A DNA stretch of 63,781 bases, filler included, from Octopus bimaculoides (Eukaryota): the NCBI RefSeq assembly GCF_001194135.2. It is 7 parts of 7 records of this genome, joined end to end, with 100 filler letters (N's around TTAATTAATTAA, not from the genome) between each part and the next. Parts side by side here need not be neighbours in the genome. Positions count along the whole stretch, not along the records: positions 45,598 to 58,009 come from NC_068991.1; positions 58,110 to 60,218 come from NW_026402194.1; positions 60,319 to 62,358 come from NW_026434906.1; positions 62,459 to 63,781 come from NC_068982.1; 3 more parts are not named here. One strand, written 5' to 3'. This document shows, one piece after another, positions 52,346 to 63,781 of the stretch. The translations under genes were made by a program, and so were the position numbers. The notes beneath the pieces are model-generated. The model was not told where the DNA came from and made no database searches. It saw only the letters and a program-made list of their open reading frames with translations. Within the stretch, counting starts at the first letter, position 1. Every line of letters begins with the position of its first letter.

Positions 52346-54061
52346 CAATACAAATGCGTCAAATAAATAAACAAAGAGAAGAGGGAATAGGAAAGAACAT
52401 GGCCTCGAGAAACAGCCAGAAGGCTCAATATATTAAAATCATACCATCTTCTAGCGGAGAGCTTCGAAGTCGATAGGCAAAAGAATAATATAGCGGTGGT
52501 TTAGGGAAATATTTACAGGTTATTTCTACATAATGGGGTGGAACGAGTATGTTTGAAAAGTTGTGAAATGAAATTAGTACTAAAATAAGACAAGAAAATT
52601 ACTAACATGTCTAGAAAGAGAACAGCACTTATGTTATCGTAAATAGAGCTAGTTGATATTTATCCAAGACAAAACCGTAGGGTGCTTATAATAGTGTACT
52701 TACTGAAATATTGTAGAGATCACCACCTGTTGTCCACAATGGGATTCACCAAAGTCTATCGATCGCTACAATTGGTCAATTATATTTGAACCAAAGGCAA
52801 AAGTTAAAAACCTTTCAAGGGATATGTAAATAAAGAAGAGAGCGAACTAGTAAATAAATGGTGCGGGAGAGAAAACTATGATATAAGTGGTACGTGGCTG
52901 CTTATTATCTTCTGCAACTTCTCAACAAAACATAAATAAGAATAAATAAATAGATAATATTGTCAGACAAAATGCTATAACTTTTTTATAGTTAAGGGGA
53001 GACAACTAGTACAGAAGGTGCATATAAATGTAATAACCTACTAAATTAATGTTAGATTTTACTTCCTAGATAGCAAATAAGATTCCAAGTGGTGGTAATA
53101 ATGGACAAACAAGTGAATGTGTACACGTACCTAAGAAAATTCCACCCTATAAGTACACGAAAGGGCAAAAACGCAAAACCACAAATATTTAAGCGATTAA
53201 AATTTAAAACCAAATCACATGTTAATTAGTACCGTGGTTATAATACCCATAGTTTACTAAATATTACTTAATTTGTATAACCTTAACCTAAAAGTTAGGT
53301 TGTTCATATCAATAAATTTAATTACATTGACCCTTGCAGCCATACTAGATCCACCAACAAATTACACTTTCAGTCCAACATAATAAACCCAAGTTTACTA
53401 ATATCTCCTGTGGAGTCAACTACTGTAGAGTCCAAGTACAAACCTATACAATCTATAATGCGGAAAGGTAATACTGAGTTCAATAAGATAAAATAATTTC
53501 TACGGGTGTAATGTTATTCCTAAGTGGGTAGGACTATTAGGGTCTATTTTAAGTGGAGTTAGACCATAATGCTGGTAGATAATTAAGTCCAGATTACAGC
53601 AAGCGCGAACAAGCATATCCATGGTATAAAAGGTACAGGAAAATAAAATAAAATTAAAACAAAATAAATAAATTTAAAACTAAAAATTAAAACTTTGAAT
53701 TAGTTTTGAGGGGTCATAACATTGTGGTTGAATAACTATGTCCTCTGTATTGTTAATTAAGTTCGTGATTGAAGTATCTGGCATTTGTAAAAGAGGGTAG
53801 TTGGTTATATTAAGGAGGAATGGCTTAATTAGCATAAAATATAGGTAGTTGTTATGGGTGGAGGTGGGATCTAAACTCATAATTTTGGGTAAAAGGATAT
53901 AGGTATTTTAATAGATATCTGCAAGGGCCCCGGTATTACTTCTAGCAAACTAACTTTAATTAAGGGGTAGATATATAGCATTCAAATTACTATCAAAGGC
54001 TACTATTTCTATGGTGTGGGGATCTTGGTGCTATATTGGGGTAGCATAATGGTTTCTAATG

Positions 54062-56996
54062 TTATTTATATTTAGCGAAGGTAAATCTTCCTTTGTTCAG
54101 GCAAGCTGGGCTTCTCTCCTCTCTTTGGTTCTATAGTGGATGCCATGCTCCTAGAATGAAAAACATTTCATTAATGCAAAGATAACCTTCCCTATTTTTT
54201 ACATTGTACGAAGGTGCAGAGGTGAGGATCTCTCATTCTAACGTGAAGCTAATATCACTATCTTTGAGTTCCTAAATATACTTACTTGATCCAGTCGAGT
54301 TAATTCTGTTTCCATTTCTGCAAGACTGTTGATGTGCAGCTAGTCTACGTTTCATTTCATTTTGGGTAGCCACTATGTAACTCCTTTTACAAAACTGTGT
54401 TGTGACTGTGCATTGGTAAATTACGTTTTTGATTCTACAGGTATTTCAGAGGGCACATTTCTCCCTATACCTACAGTCACATAGATTGTTCTGTGGTGGT
54501 GGTGATGGTGAGATGGAATTGCTTTCTAATGAGGTAAAGCTAGGTCTATTGAGATTGATACGGTTATTATGGTTCTGAGTGTATCCTTTACTAAGTTTGG
54601 GTTAGGGTTTATCATTTTTATTCCTAATATTACCGCCGTCGTTGTTATAGTTGCTTCTATTTAAATAGAAAATGTCTAGTTTTTTTTTATTATTCAGGGA
54701 GGATATGATGCTCACTAAGTTATGCGTAAGACTATAAGCTATCGTTATTATTCTACTATTTAGGAGTTTCGGATGCCTATTATTCTTATCAAAGTGCTTC
54801 TTTTTAATGTTAAATATTTGCTTAAATATTAGCTAAATCGGCCTGATTTGCATCGCAAAAGGGAATATGAACCAGATCATGTCTCCCGATTTACCAGTAG
54901 TCTCATCGAGCGACACATATTTACAATTGTTAGGATATTGCATGTTGTGTATATGTGCATTATCAATAGTTCTATTATCAAAGCTCTGGACTTTTATACC
55001 GCCATTAGTCGTGCTATAAATAGGTTTACGCCGGTAGTATTTTGAGTTGCTACTACAGTTTTAATTACTGTTGTCTTCATGGTTAATGGGTTTATCAGCA
55101 TCATTCATCTCTGTAGAGTCCTCTTCCCCCCACATTCAAGTAATTCCTTGTTAATAACATAAAGGTATATTCCCGCAATGTCAATTACCTCCGTTGAGTC
55201 AGGCGATCCCATGGTTATATCAAATAAATCAGCCCACGGTTTATTATCAAATTCGATAATGGACTTACAGGCTGTGATGATTACGTTAGTTAGTGGGTTT
55301 ATCAGTATCATTCAGCCTTAGTCCGGTTCCTCTCTGTGTCTCACCTACTGTGTTGCAGTTATTTTTATAGTTATTCATATTGTTGCTAAATCCTATCCTA
55401 TTAATGTTGTGAGCTATATTTCTCTGTGCTTTATTGCATCGTTTATGTGTATGGCTGTGTAATGTACTGTTGTGCTTACTTCTATTCATTGCATGATCCT
55501 GTGGGATATATTTGGTTGTACCTCTATAGCCTGCATTTTTATGTGCTTTATCGTACTTATCCTTATAACTATTAAATAGGCCCTCATTAGAAGAGAGTTT
55601 GGAATTTCTTTTGCTAATGCCTCTTATTAGAGCTCTTTTTACAGATTGTAGGTGATTACTGTGATAGTTAATATACTTTCAGTTAGAGTTAGGTGTCATG
55701 TAAGGTTGGTATAAACCCGAATTTAAATTACAATTAACGTCTAGGTAGTTGATAGAGTAGCTTTAATTTTCTATATTAATAGACAGGCCGAATCTATTAA
55801 AGAATTTATACAGACGTCTATTAGACATGTTTCTAATAAGAAAATCTGTGTCATCTCTGTAGATGCTTCCCCCAAATTCAGGGAATTCCTTCTTGATGTT
55901 GACTTAAAGGTATATTCCCACAATGTCGGTCACCTATGCTGAGTCAGGCTTATATCAAATAAATTGTTATATCAAATAAATCAGAGGTGTCCTTCCTAGC
56001 CCACAGTTTCTTATAAAATTCGATAATGGACATACGGGCCGAGAGGATTACGTTGTTTTCTTTTCTAGTGATCCTAGTAAAGTTCTTAGCAAAAATGAGT
56101 GCACTATTTAGAATAGTTCGGTTTATGGAGGAGTAATAATTCTGAATGTCAATTTGCAAAAATTTATGTTTTATGATAGAGAGCCATCCTATTGCGTTTC
56201 GGGTATTTGTCCATAACTCGAGTTAAATCTATTTCTTAAGGGTAGGTATATACTTATCCAGGATTGCTTTACTGAGCTTAACTAAATCTGACTTATTGGG
56301 GCATATTAATCTCACCTGTGTATTACTTAAATAATTGTCTTCATTGTCCTTAATTGTTATACAATGTCTAATCGGTGTAAAACTTTCCGTCCGATCATCT
56401 GCATTATGATTTTCTTGGCCTCTGAATTAATTGTCTTAAAAGTGCTTCTAGGGATTACTTTATATTATTTAAGGATTTCTCGGTGGATAAGTTCATGGTA
56501 AGTGTCAATGTTCATCTTGTAGGTATTTCTTATTTTGTCCGAGTGTACTATTATTCAATTTTTAGATTTTAGTTCACGAATAAAGTCCTTAAACTTCCTT
56601 TGGTGCTTATTGTGCCTAAGGTTCTTGAACTTAAAGTCTTTAATCAAAGACCAGAGTTGTTGTTCGAAAGCTTCGAGATGACTGTTTGATGGTGACGTTT
56701 TTATAGTACTAAAAATTCCCGTCGTAAAATCCTTGCCTTGTCATCAATAGTGTTGTTGTTGGTGTTGATGTTTGCGGTGGCGTTGGTATTGGCGTCAGAA
56801 AATTTTTCTCAAGTTTTCTGTCGTAGCAGTAGGCTTTCCAACGTATTCTATGCGTAAAAGCACTGAATTTGGATATGAGTTTTTTAAGGTAAGCATTCTT
56901 AAGAGGGATTGGGATGTCCTTTAGGGAGGGGCCAATCTTAATTTCCTCCATTTTAACAACAGTATTCATTTTAGTACTTATTTCTATTATCAGCAT
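54062..56996 (-). pseudogene. PLE polyprotein (RT + GIY-YIG endonuclease), disrupted
   Basis: N-terminus SLKDIPIP...FTHRIRWKAY; MQIDIQNYYSSI; FDITMGS; IYRDD at ~55853-55864; thumb YINYHSNH; IWFIFPF; endonuclease CAL*NTCRIKNVIYQCTV...SYIVATQNEMKRRLAAHQQS...SSKYI*ELK. Stop at 54062-54064. Confidence 0.88.
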
Positions 56997-57024
56997 ATGT
57001 GTACACTAATGGGTAATATATATA

Positions 57025-57140
57025 CTGAATAATAGATAAGTAAATAGTGGACAAGGTATGTCAAAGGTAAGCAGAGTCAGCGGCTATAGTAACTGACTAA
57101 GGGATAAAAACTATCCGTAATTACTATCGGTATCAGTTAC
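57025..57140 (-). other. Candidate 116-nt spliceosomal intron in the PLE 5' leader
   Basis: AAAG|GTAACT donor at 57140, CTGAC branch-like motif, pyrimidine tract, TTCAG| acceptor at 57025, just upstream of the ATG at 56996. Confidence 0.4.
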
Positions 57141-58110
57141 CTTTTCTAGATATGCAGGGACATTTTGCACGTAGGGTACAGGTAACAACAGAATAAACAA
57201 AAGTTTATCAGGAATCAGAAAATGGAGAAAACTGTAGATCAACAAGCAAACATAATGGACCACATCTGTTAATTATTTTTTCATACAAAACATGACATAA
57301 CATTTCTGTGACATAACAATTCTTACGGCCGTTTCGGCTTCCCAGGCCAGTCGGTGCCAACGAAAGAATTCCGAAAATAATATTCGTCATCTTCATAAGA
57401 TATTTGATCTAGTACATGGGTCTTTATATTACTATTCGCATATCAATTTAGAATCCGTTGTCAATTCTCACACAGTTGTGAAATATTAAGAGTGTACAGG
57501 GAATGGTAAGGAAACATTCGCTATGGCATCACAGGTTATCACAATATAATTCTAGATATGAATTAATACAGAACTTGGATGTGTTAATTTAAATGGAAGA
57601 GCCTTATGGATGTTAAGAACATTTAAATGTATAACGAGAAAAAGTAATTTCATTACAGACCATATTTCAGAAGCAATATAAGTCTAGACTATGTGAGTCC
57701 ATAAATATAAGACCACATATTAGAACCTACAATTAGCCCTACATTTACACTAAAGTTTATTTGCCTCCTGTATATATGAGATATTAATTAAGCCGCGAGC
57801 CGTCTGAACAAACAATTCTAAAATGGTTGACTTCATTTCAGACACTGTGTCTCTCTATTACAACCCTCTTTTTCAATTCAATTCCATAACCATTGTCATA
57901 GAAGAAACCACGATTGGTGTTGAGACTTTTAGACATGGATCAGGTGTGATAGTACAAACTAATGATTCTCAAAACCTTATGCACTTTTTCAATACATACA
58001 TACACACACNNNNNNNNNNNNNNNNNNNNNNNNNNNNNNNNNNNNNNNNNNNNTTAATTAATTAANNNNNNNNNNNNNNNNNNNNNNNNNNNNNNNNNNN
58101 NNNNNNNNNG

Positions 58111-58149
<39 letters not shown>

Positions 58150-58199
58150 TACATACATAGAATTATACATGCATAGTAAGACAACATGATAACAACGTT

Positions 58200-58930
58200 A
58201 ATAGAAGGGGTTATGAAGGTCGGTAAAGGAGGAGGGTGTTTTAATATAATTGAATAAATGAAAAGAAGATTTAAAACAAGATAAAAAAAAAGGAGGTGAA
58301 ATGAGAGATGAGGAAGTTTAATTTTCCTGATAGTTTTCGGGATATAAAAGTATTAAAGGTGTTAAAACTTTCAAACGTTGCATTTTATTTCACCTCATTT
58401 CACCTTTTCTTATCTTGTTTTATCTTGGTTTAACTTCTTAAAATTTTCTTTGAATTCATTCAGTTATATAATTCCACTCTCCTTCTATACCTGCTATTCT
58501 AGTCTCTTTTTACTAACGGAGTCACCTTGTTCTCTTGCTATACTAAACTCTAACTCTAAACTCTAACTGAGATGCACCAGCGCATTATAATCACAAATGT
58601 ACACATATCTATTAGCTACAGAGTCAGTATTAATACCGATAAATAATACTTATCACCACTTAAACGTGGATGTTCTGTTAGAACAAACTATACTGCGGTA
58701 GTTCTTTGAGGGAAACTCCTATATTTGATTTTGGTGCAAAATGCACTCTTGTTTATATCGCTAACGGGGAGATAATTCTCTGCCACATTCAGCGCTGAGA
58801 CCACCAGATCACGTGATTTCAATCTTCCTAGATTTCGTCAAGGATAGACACTCGACAGCTAGAGATAGCAGTCTGATGATAGCTTAGCCGGCCGAAACTT
58901 CGAAGTCACTTTCAACGCTTTTTTTGTTAA
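58200..58930 (+). mobile_element. PLE 3' end with pseudo-LTR
   Basis: Pyrimidine-rich remnant ending RSHLVLLLY*TLTLNSN (weak match to PLE ExxLIxxLxTxxPxGLN), a ~35-bp inverted repeat (58272-58305 vs 58394-58422) and a downstream hammerhead. Confidence 0.45.
58870..58910 (+). ncRNA. Minimal type I hammerhead ribozyme
   Basis: AGT-CTGATGA-T-AGC ttagccg GCC-GAAA-CTTCGAAG-TC-ACT: complete core, palindromic stem/loop III, GUC cleavage triplet, 3-bp stem I. Confidence 0.7.
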
Positions 58931-60318
58931 AGAATATTAAATTTGTAGTCAACAAAATTATGGAGAAACCATTTAGATTAATGTAAACTTGTATATATTA
59001 TATGCATAATTATATATATTACATACTCAGTTAATATATATGGATATATTATATAAACAAATGAAGAACAAGCATTTCTTCCCAAAATGGAGGCGAACAC
59101 CTTTCTCCATGTGATCGGCTTGGATACTTAGATATTTTTTCTACTCTTCTTAACATGAAAACAAATGTAACCTTAATTCACAAATAACGAAGTAACTCAT
59201 CCGCGAATGCGGTGTTGAGCACTCATTCCAAAGATCTACTTTTTTCCGTATTCCCGAGCGTCATACTAATACATCCTTTTGTTATTTACACCACCTGTCC
59301 TCGTCTGTTGTTTTTTCGTACATTCTCCCATATATATANNNNNNNNNNNNNNNNNNNNNNNNNNNNNNNNNNNNNNNNNNNNNNNNNNNNNNNNNNNNNN
59401 NNNNNNNNNNNNNNNNNNNNNNNNNNNNNNNNNNNNNNNNNNNNNNNNNNNNNNNNNNNNNNNNNNNNNNNNNNNNNNNNNNNNNNNNNNNNNNNNNNNN
59501 NNNNNNNNNNNNNNNNNNNNNNNNNNNNNNNNNNNNNNNNNNNNNNNNNNNNNNNNNNNNNNNNNNNNNNNNNNNNNNNNNNNNNNNNNNNNNNNNNNNN
59601 NNNNNNNNNNNNNNNNNNNNNNNNNNNNNNNNNNNNNNNNNNNNNNNNNNNNNNNNNNNNNNNNNNNNNNNNNNNNNNNNNNNNNNNNNNNNNNNNNNNN
59701 NNNNNNNNNNNNNNNNNNNNNNNNNNNNNNNNNNNNNNNNNNNNNNNNNNNNNNNNNNNNNNNNNNNNNNNNNNNNNNNNNNNNNNNNNNNNNNNNNNNN
59801 NNNNNNNNNNNNNNNNNNNCATATATATATAGGTGCCTGCTTGTCTGTATCTATATTTTTGTATGAGGAGAAGCCCACTTACGCGCCCACACGCGCACAC
59901 ACTCAAACAAGCACACACTCACTTATAAATGACAACTTGCATTAGAAAGCACATAAATAATAACAGGGGGGGAAACTCCATGACTACTGTGCTTGTTAAT
60001 AAAATTTAAACAGATTTTAAGAATTGATGTTGTGTGAAAGGTAAGGTCCACATGAACATGACAGGAACAACAACATATCGAAAAAGAACAAACAATTACA
60101 TTTCATAACTATATGTGTGTGTGTGTGTATGAAGGTATGTGTATGTGCACAGCAGCGTATATATGGAGGTTGAGCAATTTCTCAGTCTCTCGTCTCTCTA
60201 TCTCACTATATATATATANNNNNNNNNNNNNNNNNNNNNNNNNNNNNNNNNNNNNNNNNNNNTTAATTAATTAANNNNNNNNNNNNNNNNNNNNNNNNNN
60301 NNNNNNNNNNNNNNNNNN

Positions 60319-62358
60319 TCCGTCCTTTCGGCCTCCCTCTGCACCGTTCTAGTGCAATTCGGACGTACATGCGTATTCGGCCTCCCTCTGCACCGTTCGT
60401 GCATAATTCGAACATACATGAATCCGTTCATCCTCATTCTGCACCGTTCGAGCGGAATTCGAAAGTAGGTGAGTCCGTGAAGCTTCTCTCTGCACCGTTC
60501 GAGCGGAATTCGAAAGTACATGCGTTCCTTCGGCCTTCCTTTTCACCGTTCGAACGGAATTCGAACGTACGTGCGTCCTTTCGGCCTCCCTCCGAACCGT
60601 TAGAGCGCAATACGAACGTACGTGCGTCCGTTCGGCCTCACTCTGCTGCGTTCGAGCGCAATTCGAACGTACGTGTGTCCGTTAGGCCTCCCTCTGCACC
60701 GTTCGAGCTGAATTTGAACGTACGTACGTCCGTTCGTCCTCATTCTGCAACGTTCGAGTCGAATTCGAANNNNNNNNNNNNNNNNNNNNNNNNNNNNNNN
60801 NNNNNNNNNNNNNNNNNNNNNNNNNNNNNNNNNNNNNNNNNNNNNNNNNNNNNNNNNNNNNNNNNNNNNNNNNNNNNNNNNNNNNNNNNNNNNNNNNNNN
60901 NNNNNNNNNNNNNNNNNNNNNNNNNNNNNNNNNNNNNNNNNNNNNNNNNNNNNNNNNNNNNNNNNNNNNNNNNNNNNNNNNNNNNNNNNNNNNNNNNNNN
61001 NNNNNNNNNNNNNNNNNNNNNNNNNNNNNNNNNNNNNNNNNNNNNNNNNNNNNNNNNNNNNNNNNNNNNNNNNNNNNNNNNNNNNNNNNNNNNNNNNNNN
61101 NNNNNNNNNNNNNNNNNNNNNNNNNNNNNNNNNNNNNNNNNNNNNNNNNNNNNNNNNNNNNNNNNNNNNNNNNNNNNNNNNNNNNNNNNNNNNNNNNNNN
61201 NNNNNNNNNNNNNNNNNNNNNNNNNNNNNNNNNNNNNNNNNNNNNNNNNNNNNNNNNNNNNNNNNNNNNNNNNNNNNNNNNNNNNNNNNNNNNNNNNNNN
61301 NNNNNNNNNNNNNNNNNNNNNNNNNNNNNNNNNNNNNNNNNNNNNNNNNNNNNNNNNNNNNNNNNNNNNNNNNNNNNNNNNNNNNNNNNNNNNNNNNNNN
61401 NNNNNNNNNNNNNNNNNNNNNNNNNNNNNNNNNNNNNNNNNNNNNNNNNNNNNNNNNNNNNNNNNNNNNNNNNNNNNNNNNNNNNNNNNNNNNNNNNNNN
61501 NNNNNNNNNNNNNNNNNNNNNNNNNNNNNNNNNNNNNNNNNNNNNNNNNNNNNNNNNNNGTGCGTCCGTTCGGCCTCCCTCTGCACCGTTCGAGCGCAAT
61601 TCGAACGTACGTGCGTCCTTTCGGCCTCCCTCCTCACAGTTCGAGCGCAATACGAACGTACGTGCGTCCGTTCGGCCACCCTCTGCTCCGTTCGAGCGGA
61701 ATTCGAACGTACGTGCGTCCGTTTGGCCTCCATCTGCACCGTTCGAGCGGAATTCGAACGTACGTGCGTCCGTTCGGCCTTTCTCTGCTCCATTCGAGCG
61801 CAATTCGAACTTACGTACGTGTGTTCGGCCTCCCTCTGAACCGCTCGAGCGGAATTCGAACGTACGTGCGTCTGTTCAGCCTCCCTCTGCTTCGTTCGAG
61901 CGCAATTCGAACGTACGTGCGTCCTTTCGACGTCCCTCCTCACCGTACGAGCGCAATACGAACGTACCTGCGTCCGTTCGGCTACCCTCTGCACCGTTCG
62001 AGCGCAATTCGAACGTACATGCGTCCATTCGGCCTCCCTCTGCACCGTTCGAGCTGAATTCGAACGTACGTACGTCCGTTCGTCATCATTCTGCACCGTT
62101 CGAGTCGAACTCGAACGTTCGTGCGTCCGTTCGGCGTCCCTCTGCACCGTTTGAGCGAAATTCGAACGTACGTGCGTCCGTTCGGCCCCTGCACCGTTCG
62201 AGCACAATTCGAACGTACATGCGTCCATTCGGCCTCCCTCTGCACCGTTCGAGCTGAATTCGAACGTACGTACGTCCGTTCGTCCTCATTCTGCACCGTT
62301 CGAGTTGCATTCGAACATACGTGCGTCCGTTCGGCCTCCCTCTGCTCCGTTCGAGCGC
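60319..62358. repeat. 51-bp CpG-rich tandem satellite (gtacgtgcgtccgttcggcctccctctgcaccgttcgagcgcaattcgaac)
   Basis: About 9 units at 60319-60769 and about 16 at 61560-62358, separated by a gap and bounded on both sides by scaffold joins. Confidence 0.95.
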
Positions 62359-62885
62359 NNNNNNNNNNNNNNNNNNNNNNNNNNNNNNNNNNNNNNNNNN
62401 NNTTAATTAATTAANNNNNNNNNNNNNNNNNNNNNNNNNNNNNNNNNNNNNNNNNNNNATATCAAGATCTCCAGTTAGTTAACTGAATTTGATAAGGATA
62501 TCTTAGAGTAGTGTTAGCTAGATCCTAATATTTTCGTGAATCATTGCATTTAACTCTTACGTGGTTATTTCTGCTTATTAAAAAAGCATTGGAAATAACC
62601 AAACCCATATATTTATTACATAAATAAATGCTCAACACCCCTTTAAAAATAAATTATCAATTAAAATTTGTATATCTGTTCTTGTATTATGTCTAACAGG
62701 GAAAAACCCAATCTACCTTAGAAATAAAGAGGGACCCTCTACATGATCACTTTACGTATTAAAAATAGCAACCAGGACTCCTTTATATCACATTTACAGT
62801 CTAAAAATAACAAGGGACATATTAGTTAATGTAGTTCTGGAAAAATATAACGAAGTCCTGTGTTGGAATACCTATATACCATTTA

Positions 62886-63131
62886 CTTTCTTTTTCTTGT
62901 TTCAGTCATTAAGACTGCAGTCATGCTGGGGCATCGCTTTGAAGAATTTTTAGTCGAGTGAATCGACCACAGGACATTTTTTTTTTTTTGAAGCCTGGTA
63001 ATTATTCTATCGGACTCTTTTGTCGAACCGCTAAGTTACGGGTCGTAAACACACCAACACCGATTGTCAAACGGTGGTGGAGGCAAACACAGACACAAAC
63101 ATACACATACATACATACATACATGCATACA

Positions 63132-63166
<35 letters not shown>

Positions 63167-63326
63167 GCGACGAGCTTCTTTCAGTTTCCGTCTAACAAAT
63201 CCAGTTATGAGGCTATGGTCGGCCCAATACTATAGTAGAAGACACTTGCCCAAAGTGCTACTCAGTGGGACCGAACTCGGAACTATGTGGTTGGCAAACA
63301 AGCTTCTTACCACACAGCTACACCTA
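62886..63326 (-). mobile_element. SINE family B, full length
   Basis: Reverse complement of the 49865-50320 architecture, with internal (CATA)n. Confidence 0.85.
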
Positions 63327-63697
63327 CTAATTATGTCTACTCAATCAGAGTTGGTCTAAGGCCAAAGAACAACATAAAAACAATAACCTCTCACATAACG
63401 TGGTTGCTTGACTTGTCAGATATAGCAGCCAAACTATATATATAACATAAAAGTCAAATATCTTGAAAGGTGAAATGGTCATGGCTGAAATGCTTTTTAT
63501 CGGAGGTCTATTCTCACTGGATCGAACCTGAATTGCACAAAGAAGGTTTTTCATTTTGTTGGAAGTTGGGGTGGGGCCGATTATCAAACTCTACAGTTAT
63601 GGGAAATTAACTAGTTTATCTACCTTTTATACGTGTGTGTATACGTGTATATATATACACAAACACACATGCATATACACACATGTGTGCGTGTAGT

Positions 63698-63742
<45 letters not shown>

Positions 63743-63781
63743 GGACACAGACACACACACACACACACACTCATATATATT

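Larger units (their letters stand above)
52125..57419 (-). mobile_element. Near full-length Penelope-like retroelement (C-terminal GIY-YIG) with direct pseudo-LTRs
   Basis: 207-bp direct repeats at 52125-52331 and 57213-57419 (about 24 mismatches by my count, ~88%) enclose a decayed RT + GIY-YIG ORF. The left end abuts (TA)n. Confidence 0.9.

Noticed and set aside
57477-57692. Two short AG...GT exon-like segments (~57477-57506 and 57659-57692)
   Set aside because: Joining them in the only open phase creates TGA, and there is no homology support.
59083-59094. CAAAATGGAGGC YY1-like motif
   Set aside because: A single imperfect motif with no CpG island or other support.
60319-62358. Satellite as a CRISPR array, heat-shock element array or Pol III B-box array
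   Set aside because: There are no unique spacers and no cas genes. The TTC/GAA triplets lack the 2-bp HSE spacing, and GTTCGA is not followed by the B-box NNC consensus.
60369-62414. 562-aa and 542-aa repeat-protein ORFs (RTYVRPFGLPLHRSSAI units)
   Set aside because: A 51-bp unit is a multiple of 3 and stop-poor, so several frames on both strands are open. Frame-breaking variants (a 47-bp unit) exist, and there is no sign of selection on one frame.

Overview
AT-rich, microsatellite-dense eukaryotic DNA with many assembly gaps. There is no prokaryotic content, CRISPR array, rRNA or intact tRNA gene. The SINE/LINE landscape looks like a coleoid cephalopod, most likely Octopus; this is my recognition of the repeat families, not a database result. 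I find no intact host protein-coding gene, and nearly all ORFs in the supplied track are microsatellite or N-run artefacts. The window is a mosaic of decayed transposons: R4/Dong-like LINEs with a restriction-like endonuclease, RTE LINEs, tRNA-derived SINEs, mariner/Tc1/pogo DNA transposons, Chapaev-like and gypsy remnants, and several Penelope-like elements (PLEs). Six identical 100-bp spacers (44 N + TTAATTAATTAA + 44 N) split it into seven independently assembled pieces. Main observations: (1) a near full-length ~5.3-kb PLE at 52125-57419 (minus) with 207-bp pseudo-LTRs, a hammerhead ribozyme with an unusually long loop II, a candidate 5' intron, an internal RT-core duplication and a 1.7-kb 3' region with possible decayed accessory reading frames; (2) a second, nearly intact hammerhead at 58870-58910; (3) strong CpG depletion confined to 1-17072, suggesting a methylated gene body, with two locally templated insertions there; (4) a CpG-rich, self-complementary 51-bp satellite with higher-order structure at 60319-62358. 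All protein assignments are by-eye motif matches, not search results. I cannot show that any of this is a previously undescribed system.
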